Positions 9,768 to 22,020 of a stretch of 64,000 nt of DNA are shown here, piece after piece (the stretch's first letter is position 1; each line of letters begins with the position of its first letter). The notes under the pieces were generated by a model. It ran no database searches. It saw only the letters and a program-made list of their open reading frames with translations, and was not told where the DNA came from. The position numbers were made by a program, and so were the translations under genes. The stretch covers positions 89,652,001-89,716,000 of the forward strand of contig OX597818.1 in the NCBI GenBank assembly GCA_951406725.2, in the 5' to 3' direction. Source of the stretch: Octopus vulgaris (taxonomy: Eukaryota).

Positions 9768-10081
9768 TATATACATATATATATATACATATATATTATA
9801 TATATACATATATATATACACATATATATATTCATATATATATACATAAATATATACATACATATATTCATATATATATACATAAATATATACATACATA
9901 TATATACATATATATATACATAAATATATACATACATATATATATACATAAATATATACATACATATATATACATATACATATATATATACATATACATA
10001 TATATATACATATATATATACATATACATATATATATACATATATATATACATATACATATATATATACATATATATATAC

Positions 10082-10128
<47 letters not shown>

Positions 10129-10157
10129 TATACATATATATATACATATATATATAC

Positions 10158-10200
<43 letters not shown>

Positions 10201-10373
10201 TATGCATATATATACATACGTATATATGTATACGTATATATATGTATATATATATACATATCTATATATACATATCTATATATATACACACATATAGATA
10301 TGTATATATATATATATATATACATATCTATATATATACACACACATATATATATATACATATATATACATAT

Positions 10374-10414
<41 letters not shown>

Positions 10415-10541
10415 TATACATATACATATATAACATATATATACATATACATACATATATATATATACATATACATATATACATATACATTTATACATAT
10501 ACATTTATATATATGTGTGTGTGTGTATATATATATATATA
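9518..10541. repeat. ~1 kb compound (TA)n/(CATA)n microsatellite
   Basis: Read directly. Confidence 0.95.
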
Positions 10542-11321
10542 GACGCAGTCGTGGCTGTGTGGTTAGAAGCTTGCTTCCCAACTACGTATGTCTTCTACTC
10601 TAGCCTCGGGCCAACCAAAGCCTTGTGAATGGATTTGGTAGACGGAAACTGTAAGAAGCCCGTCGTGTGTGTGTGTATGTGTGTCCATCACCGCATGACA
10701 ACAGGTGCTGGTGTGTTTACGTTCCCGTAACTTAGCGGTTTGGCAAAAGAGAGCAATAGAATAAATCCTGTGGCCGATTTGTTCGAGGAAACTCCTTCAA
10801 AGGGGTGCTCAGATGACTGAAACAGCTGAAAGAATAAAAGAATGTTGACCATAGCCGGAGACAAAAAGTTTGCTTCGCAACCACTTGATTTCGGGTTCAG
10901 TCTCACAACGCGACACCACCAATGTTTTGTGAGTGAATTGATTAGATAGAAAACTTGAGTCTGTCGCGTGTGTACGTGCGTGTATTTTCTGTTCCCACAC
11001 CGCTTGACAACCGGTCTCACAACGCGACACCACGGGTATAATCAATGTTTTGTGAGTGAATTGATTAGATAGAAAAACTTCGCGAAAGTCTGTCGCGTGT
11101 GTACGTGCGTGTATTTTCTGTTCCCACACCGCTTGACAACCGGTGTCGGTTTGTTTCATTCCCGTAACTTAGCCGTTCGGCAAAAGAGACCGACAGGTGC
11201 AGGGTTCGATTCCCTGTGGAAGCTTTCTGGCCAGTTTTATCCATCTTCTAAAGGGTATTTACTTAATTTTCTAAGTTAGCCATCCTGCGTTCGCGAATTC
11301 CTTTATTTTCTGTAAAATATA

Positions 11322-11527
11322 TTTCTTTATTGCCCATAGTGGGCTAAACATAGAGGGGACAAACAAAGGGATTAAGTCAATTACATCGACTCCAGTGCAT
11401 AACTGGTACTTATTTAATCGACCCGGAAAGGATGAAAAGCAAAGTCGACCTCGGCGGAATTTGAACTCAGAACCTAACGACAGATGAAATACCACTAAGC
11501 ATCCCGCCCGGCGTGCTAACGATTCTG
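11322..11527 (-). mobile_element. SINE family B (GAGTTCAAATTCC B-box, central GCCTTTCATCCTTTCGGGGTCGAT domain, Tx1-like tail)
   Basis: Matches the reverse complement of 31205-31434; other copies near 15006, 16030-, 25200-, 37905-, 42505-, 54028. Confidence 0.8.
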
Positions 11528-12324
11528 TAAAACAGCGACACACGTGGCGCCTATAAGTTTATTTACAAGACTTAAAGAAAAAAAAGAAAAAAACGCAAAA
11601 ACAATATGCAGAAAACAAAAAAAACAACCCTTCAAGATAGTGCCCTTGTATGGACGTTGTCCAATGACTAAGACAAGTAAAAGAATATTCTTTTTTACTC
11701 TAGACACAAGGCCCTAAATTTTGGGGGAGGGTACTGGTACTTACTTTTTCGACTCCGAATGGATGAAAGGTAAAGTCGGAATGATGTGAACACTTTAAGT
11801 ATGCCTGGATGTAGTTTTGATTTCTCTACTGTCTTTTACTTGATCGATTTACCTGGCACTGTCACGAAATGGTACAGTTACCAGGAGCAATCCGTCGGTT
11901 ACGACGACGAGGGTCACAGCTGATACGATCAATGGAACAGCTTGCTCGTGAAATTAACGTACAAGTGGCTGAGCACTCCACAAATACGTGTACCCTTAAC
12001 GTAGTTCTCAGGAAGATTCAGCGTGACACAGAGTGTGACAAGGCTGCTGGCCCTTTGAATTACAGATACTACTCTTTTTTGCCAGCTGAGTGGACTGGAG
12101 CAACGTGAAATAAAGTAGTGTCTTGCTCAAGGACACAACGCGTCACCAGGAATTGAACTTACGACCTTACAACCGTGTGCCGAATGCCCTAACCACTAAA
12201 CTTCGCGCCTTCACACAGTTAACAAGTGTTTGGTAAAGGTATCTAATATGAAATGAATACACTGCAACAGTACTCTTGCAGTATTTTACTATTTAATTTA
12301 GAACTATCATATATAAAAAAAAAC

Positions 12325-12610
12325 ATTCCTTTGGTCACCGTGATAGAGAAGCACCAAAGAAGAGGTACAAGGACTTCCTGAAGAAATCCCTCAGTGCTTG
12401 CTACATTGATCTGCGATCCAGTGGTCTGTTGTTGCCGTTGACCGTGAAGCTTGGCGTTTCACTGTCCCCCCGGGCAACGGCCTCCTTTGAAGACACTCGC
12501 AGGACTATCCTTGCAGACAAGAGAAGAAGCAGGAAAAATAAGGATATTACCCTGACCTACCCACCATCCTATGCAGTCTTTGAGTTCGTACCTGACTGTC
12601 CCGGATCGGA
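12325..12610 (+). mobile_element. RTE-clade LINE, ORF C-terminal fragment (decayed)
   Basis: GHRDREAPKKRYKDFLKKSLSACYID/QWSVVAVDREAWRFTV...FEDTRRTILADKRRSRK follows the RTE C-terminal pattern G-R-G-P-KRYKD-LK...W...A-DR--WR. Confidence 0.7.
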
Positions 12611-12618
12611 GTTTAGGC

Positions 12619-12955
12619 TAGTCGTTCTCAGTTGGGGTCACTATGGCCCCTGGAGGTCCATTTAAGAATTTTGGGGGTTCACGCAAGCAAAATAGTTAAT
12701 TGGGGATCCACATTAGTATTCTAAGAGTCCACGAAAAAGAAATGTTACTGTGGATATATTTAGGGCAAGAAACATTTAGGTTTCTTTCTCTGACGTTTTA
12801 CATAAGTTCAAACTACATAAGTTTAATGTATGGCATGAACCTTGAAAGGGGTTTGTATAAAACTAGTTTTTAAGCATCGAATGGCTATGGGAATCCATCA
12901 GAATAAAATAGTAAAGGGGTCCATAAGTATAAAAAAAAACCGTTGAGAATTACTG
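12619..12955. mobile_element. hAT (Charlie-like) MITE
   Basis: TIR-like ends TAGTCGTTCTCAG / GTTGAGAATTACTG; 8-bp TSD GTTTAGGC (12611) vs GTTTAGAC (12956). Confidence 0.75.
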
Positions 12956-13570
12956 GTTTAGACTTTGTTTCATTATATTTTCTTATTTTTGTATTTGTTT
13001 CAGATATTGCACTGCAGCCATGCTGGAGCACTGCCTCGTTTGGTTCGTCGAAAAACCATCCCCAGTTCTTAAATATCTTTAAGCTTTATTTTTCTTGCCT
13101 TTTTTCTTTTTTTTTTTTTTTTTTTTTTGAAGTTTGGTATAGTTTCTGTCGCACGCTTATTGTCGAACCGCTAATCTACTACGTAAACAAACCAACACCG
13201 GTTGTCAAGCGGTGCGTGTCAAAAACCTACACACACTCACACACACACACACATACATACACACACTCACGTACAGACACATTCTTACATATGCACACAC
13301 GAGCACACACGCTCATGCACGCACACACACACACACATACACACACATACTACAAACGCACACACACCCATACATAGCATATATACACACATAATACTGC
13401 ATTGCTGTGTGGTTAAGAAGTTCGCTACGCAACCATATGATTTTGCGTTCAGTCCCACTACGCAGCACCTTGGCTTGTTTCTTCTAATATAACTTAGAAC
13501 GTAGTGACAGACGAAATACAGCAAAGCATTTCGCCCGGCGTGCTAACGATTTCTGCCAACACGCCGCCTC

Positions 13571-13571
<1 letters not shown>

Positions 13572-13610
<39 letters not shown>

Positions 13611-13633
13611 TAATATTAATAATAATAATAATG

Positions 13634-13676
<43 letters not shown>

Positions 13677-13879
13677 TAATAATAATAATGATAATAATAA
13701 TAGTGATAATGATAATAATAATAATAATAATAATGATAATAATAATAATAATAATAATGATAATAATAATAATAATAATAATAATGATAATAATAATAAT
13801 GATAATAATAATAATAATAATAATAATGATAATAATAATAATGATAATAATAATAATAATAATGATAATAATAATAATG

Positions 13880-13913
<34 letters not shown>

Positions 13914-13947
13914 TGATAATAATAATGATAATAATAATAATAATAAC
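13572..13947. repeat. (AAT)n/(GAT) trinucleotide microsatellite
   Basis: Read directly; source of the poly-N/I/L pseudo-ORFs. Confidence 0.97.
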
Positions 13948-14099
13948 TGTTTCAGATTTTGACACAAGGGGCAGCAATTTTGGGGGAGTGGATGAGTCGA
14001 ATATATTGACCTCAGTATTTCACTGGTACTTATTGTATCGATCCTGAAAGGATGAAAGACAAAGGCGAAATCGGCGGAATAATAGTAATTATAATGATT

Positions 14100-14268
14100 T
14101 CTTTTATTGGCCACAAGGGCTCAAGACATGGAGGACAATATCGAAGGACGAGTTACAGCAAAAAAAAAAAAAAAAATTACATAGACATGTAGTGTTAACA
14201 TGAATCTCGGGGAGATGCTACCACATTAAAGGATATAACAGAAGATATATAAATAGAAAGTAGAAACA

Positions 14269-14303
<35 letters not shown>

Positions 14304-14600
14304 ACAGAATCCCCAATAGTGGGGCAGTCCGCTTAGGGTATTCCGGGGTAAATCTAAAAAATCTCGGATTACTCTGACATCTCCAAGGCATGGGTAAGTG
14401 CACTCACCGGTCTTGCCTCTGTCGACCACCTTTTGATAAACACACTAGAAGGCAACACCTCCCACTCTACCCCCACCTTCCGCTTCGACTGATATTTGAA
14501 GAAATTGATGAGGGCTTGACCAGGTAGGAATGTGTCTGTCTTCAAACCTTTCAGACGTGTCCACCACACAGCCTCTTTTGCAACAGCCACTAAGCAGAGA
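14100..14600 (-). mobile_element. Tx1-family LINE 3' fragment
   Basis: VAVAKEAVWWTRLKGLKTDTFLPGQALINFFKY matches the ORF2 C-terminus; 3' end GCCCTTGTGGCCAATAAAAGAAA. Confidence 0.85.
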
Positions 14601-14601
14601 A

Positions 14602-14635
<34 letters not shown>

Positions 14636-16778
14636 TTTTTTTCTTTATATAGTTATGATTTCTTAGTTGGAAAAATTATTTTTTCAGCTGACTTGATGTC
14701 CTTCCTAGTGTTCAAAATTGATCAAAACAAATGTGAAGTCCATTCAGTCAAGGTACATAACTCTAGACATAACTCTAGCCAAAGCAGAGTTACGTTTCTT
14801 GATACGAAGCTAATGTTTTTATCACCAGAATCACAAACACACGTATTTCAGCCTTTAGCATTTAAACCAGCCATATCAGGTCAAAAATATTCTACCTGTT
14901 TCATGTCAAAGCCGACCGGATCGGTCTTCTTTCATCTACTGCTCAATATTATACTAAAAATATGCTATTACATCATCGAAACTTCAACACAACGTGAATA
15001 GCATTGTGAGTTGGCAGAAACGTTAGCACGCTGGGCAAAATGCTTAGCGGTGTTTCGTTTGCCGTTACGTTCTGAGTTCGAATTCCGCCGAGGTCGACTT
15101 TGCCTTTCATCCTCTCGGGGTCGATTAAATAAGTACCAGTTACGTACTGAGGTCGATGTAATCGTAATTGTTTGTCCCCTCTATGTTTAGCCCCCTGTAG
15201 GCAATAAAGAAATAAAATTACTGAGTAATCCAAATGCGTAAAGAGTTAAGGGAGATGTATAGTCAATGTGGTTCTTTTACTGTTTCAATGTCATGAACTT
15301 ATCGGTCTCTCTTTTGCCGAATGTTTATGTCATGGGGACATCAACAAACCAACAACAGTTACCAATCGGTGGTGGGGTACAAAGACGTGGCTGTGTGTTA
15401 AGTAGGTTGCTGATCTACCACATGGTTCCGGGTTCAGTCCCACTGCGTGGAATCTTGGACAAGTACCTTCTACTATAGCCTCGGGAAACTGAATGAAGCC
15501 GTCGTATATATATATTTGTGTGTCTGTGTTCGTCCCCCGCCACTCTCACTTAACAACAAATGTTGGTACATTTACGTCCCTGTAACTTAGCGGTTCGGCA
15601 AAAGAGAACGATAGAATAAGTACTAGGCTTATAAAGAATAAGTCCTGGGGTCGATTTGCTCGACTAAATGCGGTACTCCAGCATGGCCGCAGTCAAATGA
15701 CTGAAACAAATAAAAAATAAAAGAATATGTGAGTTTATCTCTCTCTCTCTCTCTCTCTCTCTCCACGTAACCGACCACGCTATCAGATGTTGCACATCGC
15801 TGGTTACAATGTGCCTTTTGCTTTGTTTTAGCCTTCAAAAGATGCTATCCTGCTGGCTAGGCGAGCAGGCCAACATTCGAAAGGTGGAGTGGAGCATAGT
15901 GAAATGAAGCGCGTTGCTCAAGAACACGTCGTGCCACAGATCGTGAGTGCAACAGCCTAACCACTCCGTCACTTATTTTTAATATTAGACTGCGGCCATA
16001 CTGGGCTACCATCTTGAAGAATATTTATTTCTTTATTAACCACAGGAGGCTAAACATAGAGAGGACAAACAAAGGGATTAAGTCGATTATATCGACCCCG
16101 GTGCCTAACTGGTACCTATTTAATCGACCCCCAAAAGGATAAAAGGCAAAATCGACCTCGGCAGAATTTGAACTCAGAACGTAACGGCAGATGATATACC
16201 GCTAAGCATGTCGCCCGGCGTGCTAACGTTTCTGCCAGCTCGCCACCTTCTTGAAGAATATTAGTCGAACGAATCGACCCCAGGGCTGATTTTTCTTTGA
16301 AGTCTGGTACTTGTTCATTTGATCTTACGGAGACGTAAACACACCAACACCAAACGGTTATGAGGATAAGCAGAGACACGAACACATACAAATGACCCGC
16401 TCCTACAGTTTCCGCGTACAAAATTCATTTGCAAGACGTAAGTCTACAGTTGAAGATACTCGCTCAAAATGTCACGCTGTGGGACTGAACCCGAAACCTT
16501 GTGGTTGTAAAGAGAGCTTTTTAACCACGCTACCATGCTTGTACCAGTCTACATTGTTACAATACACCTCATATAGTGTGACAGGGTTGAACAAAACTAT
16601 AGTACAGGTTACTAGCACACACAAATCTTCCTTTGATATTTATGCGAACAGGAAATGAAACGCTACTTATGTTACCGTGCGTACTATATTACTATTAATG
16701 GCTTCAAATTTTGACACAATGCTGGGAATTTAGAAGGGGTGGGAAGTCGATTTACAGTGCTAAACTGGTACATATTCT

Positions 16779-17347
16779 GGAAAGACTTCCGCCCGTTCCC
16801 ACCCATTTTCTCCCAAATTTGTTTATTAAAATGTTTTTTGCCAAAAAGCCCCGTTTTCGGATACGGAGGTTCCGGAAAATTGGCATTGTGAAAATCCACA
16901 CACCCCCACCAACTTCTTCAATTTTGACTTTTTTCCGCAACACTAACCCGAAAACCCTAACCCTAAAACCCTAACCCTAAAACCGTAACCGTAAGTACAG
17001 AAATGTTTTGAAATTTTTGTCCGAATCCTGATGTCCGTATTTTTGCGCATATTTCGAAAAGAAAAAATTCTTAAAAAAAAATTTTACAAAGATTTTTGGA
17101 AATTTATTTACAGAATCATAATCTCCGTATTTTTCCGCATATTTTAAGAAAAAAATAAATTCTGAAAAGAAGTTTAAAATGAAGGAAATGGGGGTGGGGG
17201 TAATTTAGAAATGTCGATTTTTGCTAATTTTTTTGCAGATTCGCATTCCCCGTAGCTGAAAAGGGGAGGGGGGTTTGTGTCGAAAAAAAAAAGTTTTAAA
17301 AAAGTGTGTTTTTTTTTTGGGGGGGGGGGACAGGCGGAAGTCCTGCC
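16779..17347. mobile_element. GG-terminated TIR element with internal telomere-like repeats, 8-bp TSD
   Basis: Ends GGAAAGACTTCCGCCCG / CAGGCGGAAGTCCTGCC; TSD CATATTCT at 16771 and 17348; CCCTAA/CCCTAAAA repeats at 16942-16992. Confidence 0.85.
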
Positions 17348-17953
17348 CATATTCTATCGGTATCTTTTGCTGAATCGCTAGCTTACGAGGGTGAGGGAAT
17401 GCAGAAAAAAACCCCCATACAACCATAGACTCTGGCAGGCTAAGTTGACCTCGGCGGCATTTGAACGTAAAACGTATAGAATTCAGAAGAAATACCACGA
17501 TGCACTTTGTCATGTGTGGTAACGATTCTGTCAACTTGCTGCCTTGTTTCGTATCACTGTTAATAAAACAGAGCACTATGTGATAGGTCGGAGGTCCTGA
17601 TAAATCTATAAATTTCTCTTGAATTAAACGTCGTGGATAGATTTTCGGCAAGCGTCTTTTAAGATGTGTATTAAGACGTTTAATTCTTTTGCATATAAAT
17701 CTCTCTCTTCCCACACAAACACACACACACATACACACCTAGACACACACACAAATCGCCAGTAAAGTTATATAAGTGAGTCAAGAGCTGAACGTTTCGT
17801 GTATTGCACGGTGAAATGCACGGATCTCTCACCCTTGAGTTACACAATGGGAGCGAAAGAAAGGGGAAGAGAGAGAGGGAGAGGGAGAGAAAGACAAGAG
17901 GAGAGAGAAAGACAAGAGGAGAGAGAAAAGAGAGGGAGAGGGAGAAAAAGCGA

Positions 17954-18364
17954 GGATCTTTTCAGTGAAATTGTTACCCTTAATTATGACCCTAATATCG
18001 ATCTATTGCATTTCAATCTGTTTTAGGGTTAGGGTTAGAGTTAATGTTAGTTAGGGTTAGGGTTAGGGGTGGGGGGAAGGGTATCTTTTTTTTCTTCAGA
18101 AATGTAAATAAACCCAATCTGCTTCTTAAACGAGGGACATATTCATACGGCACAGAATGTTTCACCTCAATAGACGTCATTGATTGGTTGAAATTGCAGA
18201 AATTGAAGAAAAAACAACAAATATCTTATAAACTATAGAATTTTCGCAATAAAGCCAAGAGAAAGAGATGTTTTATAAACACATTCTACCAGTATACGAA
18301 ATTTAAAAGTGTATAGTTACGTGGAAATTATTTTAAAAAACTGCCGTTCAAACCGAAAAGATCC
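17954..18364. mobile_element. GGATCTTT-terminated TIR element with (TTAGGG)n, related to 58331-58704
   Basis: GGATCTTTTC ... GAAAAGATCC ends; TTAGGG repeats at 18022-18069; shares ACGTCATTGATTGGTTGAAATT and CATTCTACCAGT with 58331-58704; no clear TSD. Confidence 0.75.
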
Positions 18365-18509
18365 GAGAGAATAAGAGAAAGAGAGAGGAAGTAAGTATGT
18401 GTGTGTGTGTGGTGCTCGTAATGTGTGTGATTATATAATTGTAATTTTTCTCAAGGGCAAAAACTCTACAGATTTTTAAACTAAGGGAAATTACTATTCA
18501 TATTTCAAA

Positions 18510-19658
18510 ATGGCTTCTACCTATAGAGACGACGACGAAGGTACTGATATATTTCGTGAAGAATTTAAGCGATATAAGCGAAAAGAACCACCTCCCGATT
18601 TTTCAGAGGTAATTGATTTTACTAATGAGCTAATTACAAATAATAACTGTAATGTCATTCCTTTGAACCACGCAGAAACAACGAAAACTGAACCACGCCT
18701 GTTCGGCTTACGACCGGTGTACGAATGGAAAGTGTATTATTATAAAACAAATCCGGGGTTTGTGTTTATCAGTAATCCTTTCACGGCTGCTGCTCAGCGT
18801 TACTGGACTCATCGATGTCTGCATGACTATCCTTCCAAACAAAATGTTACTAATCTCGATTTTATCGAAAAGCAATGTGGGATTAATCGGCCTGACAATA
18901 TCTGGACAGCCAGCGAAAATTACGAAAGCGGTAAAGCACAATGTTTTGTCGACAGTCTATCTTTCGATATGAGATTTCATATGAATAAACTTCGGTGGGT
19001 CACACTGGGTTACCATTATAACTGGAACGATAAAACGTATAGCAAAAACCAGGTGTCTACATTTCCATTTGATCTAGAAATTTTGGCTAAATATATCGCT
19101 TCTGTGGTCGGCTTTAAGGAATATAATCCAGAGGCCGCTATAGTAAACTATTACCATATGGGATCTACTCTAGCTGGGCACACTGATCACTCGGAGTTTG
19201 ACCATGACTCACCAATTATTTCTTTCAGTTTTGGTCAGGACGCAATCTTCCTGTTAGGTGGGGTAACTAAAGCAGTAAAACCCGCAGCTTTTCATCTTCG
19301 ATCTGGTGATATTTGCATTATGGCCGGAGATTCAAGACTGTGCTATCATGCTGTACCCCGGGTGCTTCCATCAAAACATTTCGAAACTTCGTGTAATGCA
19401 AGGGTGGCTGACGAGCTCGCGGAATTAAATTCATTTGTATATCAAAACACGCCGAACTCGAGAGAAAACTCGGGACTTGGTTTGATTAACTCTACGGACT
19501 GTGATAAAATAAACAAAAAGATATTGACCACGTTGAATTCTTTACATTGGGAGAATTACGAAAACTTCTTGAAGGAGAGCAGAATAAATATTAGTGTGAG
19601 GCAAGTTTTAAAAATCGGGCAGAGTTTCCCAGATCATACAAACAGTGAAGTAAAGTAA
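18510..19658 (+). CDS. ALKBH1: Nucleic acid dioxygenase ALKBH1 (AlkB homolog 1), single coding exon, 382 aa
   Basis: FREEFKRYK...DFSEVIDF N-terminus, GFVFISNPF...QRYW, KLRWVTLGYHYNW, EAAIVNYY, HxD motif GHTDHSE, SFSFGQDAIFLLGG, SGD...SRLCYHAVPRV and RINISVRQV 2OG-binding arginines; start context CAAAATGG. Confidence 0.95.
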   Translation: MASTYRDDDEGTDIFREEFKRYKRKEPPPDFSEVIDFTNELITNNNCNVIPLNHAETTKTEPRLFGLRPVYEWKVYYYKTNPGFVFISNPFTAAAQRYWTHRCLHDYPSKQNVTNLDFIEKQCGINRPDNIWTASENYESGKAQCFVDSLSFDMRFHMNKLRWVTLGYHYNWNDKTYSKNQVSTFPFDLEILAKYIASVVGFKEYNPEAAIVNYYHMGSTLAGHTDHSEFDHDSPIISFSFGQDAIFLLGGVTKAVKPAAFHLRSGDICIMAGDSRLCYHAVPRVLPSKHFETSCNARVADELAELNSFVYQNTPNSRENSGLGLINSTDCDKINKKILTTLNSLHWENYENFLKESRINISVRQVLKIGQSFPDHTNSEVK

Positions 19659-19834
19659 CAATAAGTTGTATGCAGGGAAACAAAATTGTGTTATACTTGA
19701 TGTTTCCAGCTGTTTGGAAGTTCGAAACCACTTTGCAGTAACTTATACACCTGCTCACGCTGTCAGGTGAAATAACACCAACTTTTTTATTTATTGTTTC
19801 CCCAATCTCAAAACACACACTACCAGCGAACAGT

Positions 19835-20058
19835 GGTCCCGGTGCGCAGTCGCGCATCCGTGCTAGCTAGTCGTAAGTAGTCGATCCTACAACGACTTTT
19901 TAATCCTAACCCTAACTCTAAACCAAATTTTTTAACCCTAACCCTAACCTTAGTTTGTTTATAAAAATAATTTATTTACTTGAAATACAAACATATGCGC
20001 AAGTCATTGTAGGATCGACTACTTACGACTAGCTAGCGCGTGTGCGCGCACCGAGACA
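19835..20058. mobile_element. Short TIR element (~55-bp inverted arms) with CCCTAA repeats
   Basis: GCTAGCTAGTCGTAAGTAGTCGATCCTACAACGACTT (19862-19898) is inverted at 20001-20037; CCCTAA-type repeats at 19904-19951; no TSD seen. Confidence 0.75.
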
Positions 20059-20059
20059 T

Positions 20060-21175
20060 AAGTAAAAAGTTCGTTATAGGAATGTATAAGATAAAGTCTT
20101 ATATATAAAAAAAAACCACTACTAACTATTATAAAAATGGAGAAGAGATATTAAAAGTTCAAATTAGAATTTAATTTCCACATACGACCGGTTCAAATGG
20201 CAATACAAACATGTAAGAAAAACCATTAATTATAATAATAATAATTAAAATAGTTATGTATTACCATTCTCGTCAGTGTAAAAAATTAAAGGATAAAAAC
20301 CTCAAAAAAGGTATTGCCAAAAAAATTTAGAAGGAAAAACAAAAAGGTTATGTCGGAGAAGTTGACCCAATATTTGCAAATAAATTGTAAAAGCGGAAAA
20401 AGAAAGAGAAACAGGGACTCGAAAATACATTAACATGTCCCCGTTTCCCATCTTTTTTCCCCCTTTTACAATTTATTTGCAAATAACCGGTCAGCTTCTC
20501 CGACATAACCTTTTTGTTTTTCCTTCTAAATTTTTTTTGGTTATACCTTTTTTTGATGTTTTCCTTCAATTTTTTACACTAACAGAGAATGGGGATACAT
20601 AACTATTTTAATTATTATTATTATTATTATCATTATTATTATTATTATTATTATGGTCATATCTCTTTTTACTCTTTTTACTCTTTTTACTTGTTTCAGT
20701 CATTTGACTGCGGCCATGCTGGAGCACCACCTTTAGTCGAGCAAATCGACCCCGGGACTTATTCTATCGGTCTCTTTTGCCGAACCGCTAAGTTACGGGG
20801 ACGTAAACACACCAGCATCGGTTGTCAAGCAATGCTAGGGGAACAAACACAGACACACAAACATATTCACACATACATATATATATACATATATACGACA
20901 GGCTTCTTTCAGTTTCCGTCTACCAAATCCACTCACAAGGCATTGGTCGGCCCGGGGCTATAGCAGAAGACACGTGCCCAAGATGCCACGCAGTGGGACT
21001 GAACCCGGAACCATGTGGTTGGTTAGCAAGCTACTTACCACACAGCCACTCCTGCGCCTATGTAGAAATTAAATTCTAGTTTGAACTTTTAACATCTCCA
21101 TTTTTATAACTGTTAATAGTGTTTTTTTTATATAAGATTTTATCTTATACATTCCTATAACGAACTTTTTACTTG
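20060..21175. mobile_element. Fold-back (inverted) Penelope-like terminal repeat; right arm interrupted by a minus-strand SINE A (~20660-21060)
   Basis: 20060-20184 is inverted at 21060-21175 and 20230-20418 is inverted at 20437-20620; degenerate minus-strand hammerhead CTGACGA-stem-GAA-CCGG-TC at ~20180-20283. Confidence 0.7.
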
Positions 21176-21318
21176 TTATTTTCATATTTTAATTGCTTGC
21201 TTCAACAGGCTGTCATTTTGAAATGATGGATATTTATTAGAAACATTTCTTTCTGGACTCCCCAAAAAGTTTGAATTGTTCTATTTGAACTTATTCTTTC
21301 TCACATATATACATAGGT

Positions 21319-21355
<37 letters not shown>

Positions 21356-21535
21356 TGTATGTAAATTATATGGTTTTTATGGGTATTTTTATATTTATAA
21401 ATATATATCATCTACTGATCCAGAGATCTTTTCATGGTTATGGTGTGTTTTTATTATATATTTTCTTTTTCAGTTTAAGTACTAATATGCACACATAAAT
21501 ATACTTTCATTCAAGGAATGTATTTAAACTTAATA

Positions 21536-22020
21536 CTGGCATTATGACTCGGCATTGCTGGGTCTAGTGCTAGTGTTTCTTGTTCATTTCCGGGTTGCAG
21601 TAAAAATTTCTCACTAAATCAAGAGCTAAGTTTCTTATCACATTTCAGCCCGGACCAGTTTTGTTGTTTATGAGCTTTTTATTTGAGCAATTAAATATTC
21701 ATTGGACTTCGGTTTTCACACCTGGAATGGCATAATCATGGAAAATTAGCGGGACTGTGCACATGCCATTAGTCGGACAAAAAAGGAGGCAGAAGAAAGT
21801 GAAAAAATCGAATTTGGCCGCAAAATAACTTATGGGTATAAGGGGTCGGTTTATCTTTTTTTTTTAATGGCTTTCTGGAGTGACTGGGGAAATGGAAAGA
21901 TCTTCACGACCACCCTCAGTCAGTTTTGAAAGCCCAAAGAAAATGCGAGCCTTTTTACTTGAAAAACTGTGGATTTGTATAAAGGACTCACAGACATTTT
22001 GCCGTTTATAGATATAGAGA
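21536..22020 (-). mobile_element. Non-autonomous Helitron
   Basis: Minus strand starts TC after A (TCTCTATATCTATAAACGGC) and ends with a hairpin + CCAG before T. Confidence 0.6.

Noticed and set aside
9223-10581. Many YI/MY/VC-rich ORFs (also near 1.9, 3.1, 36, 53 and 57.8 kb)
   Set aside because: Translations of TA/CA/ATGT microsatellites that happen to lack stop codons
13494-14114. Poly-Asn/Ile/Leu ORFs
   Set aside because: (AAT)n microsatellite between SINE fragments
16942-19951. True telomere or chromosome-fusion site
   Set aside because: The TTAGGG/CCCTAA runs are short, degenerate and enclosed within TIR elements
17954-20058. ALKBH1 captured inside one composite (Pack-type) transposon
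   Set aside because: The flanking elements have different TIR sequences, each is self-contained, and there is no shared outer TSD
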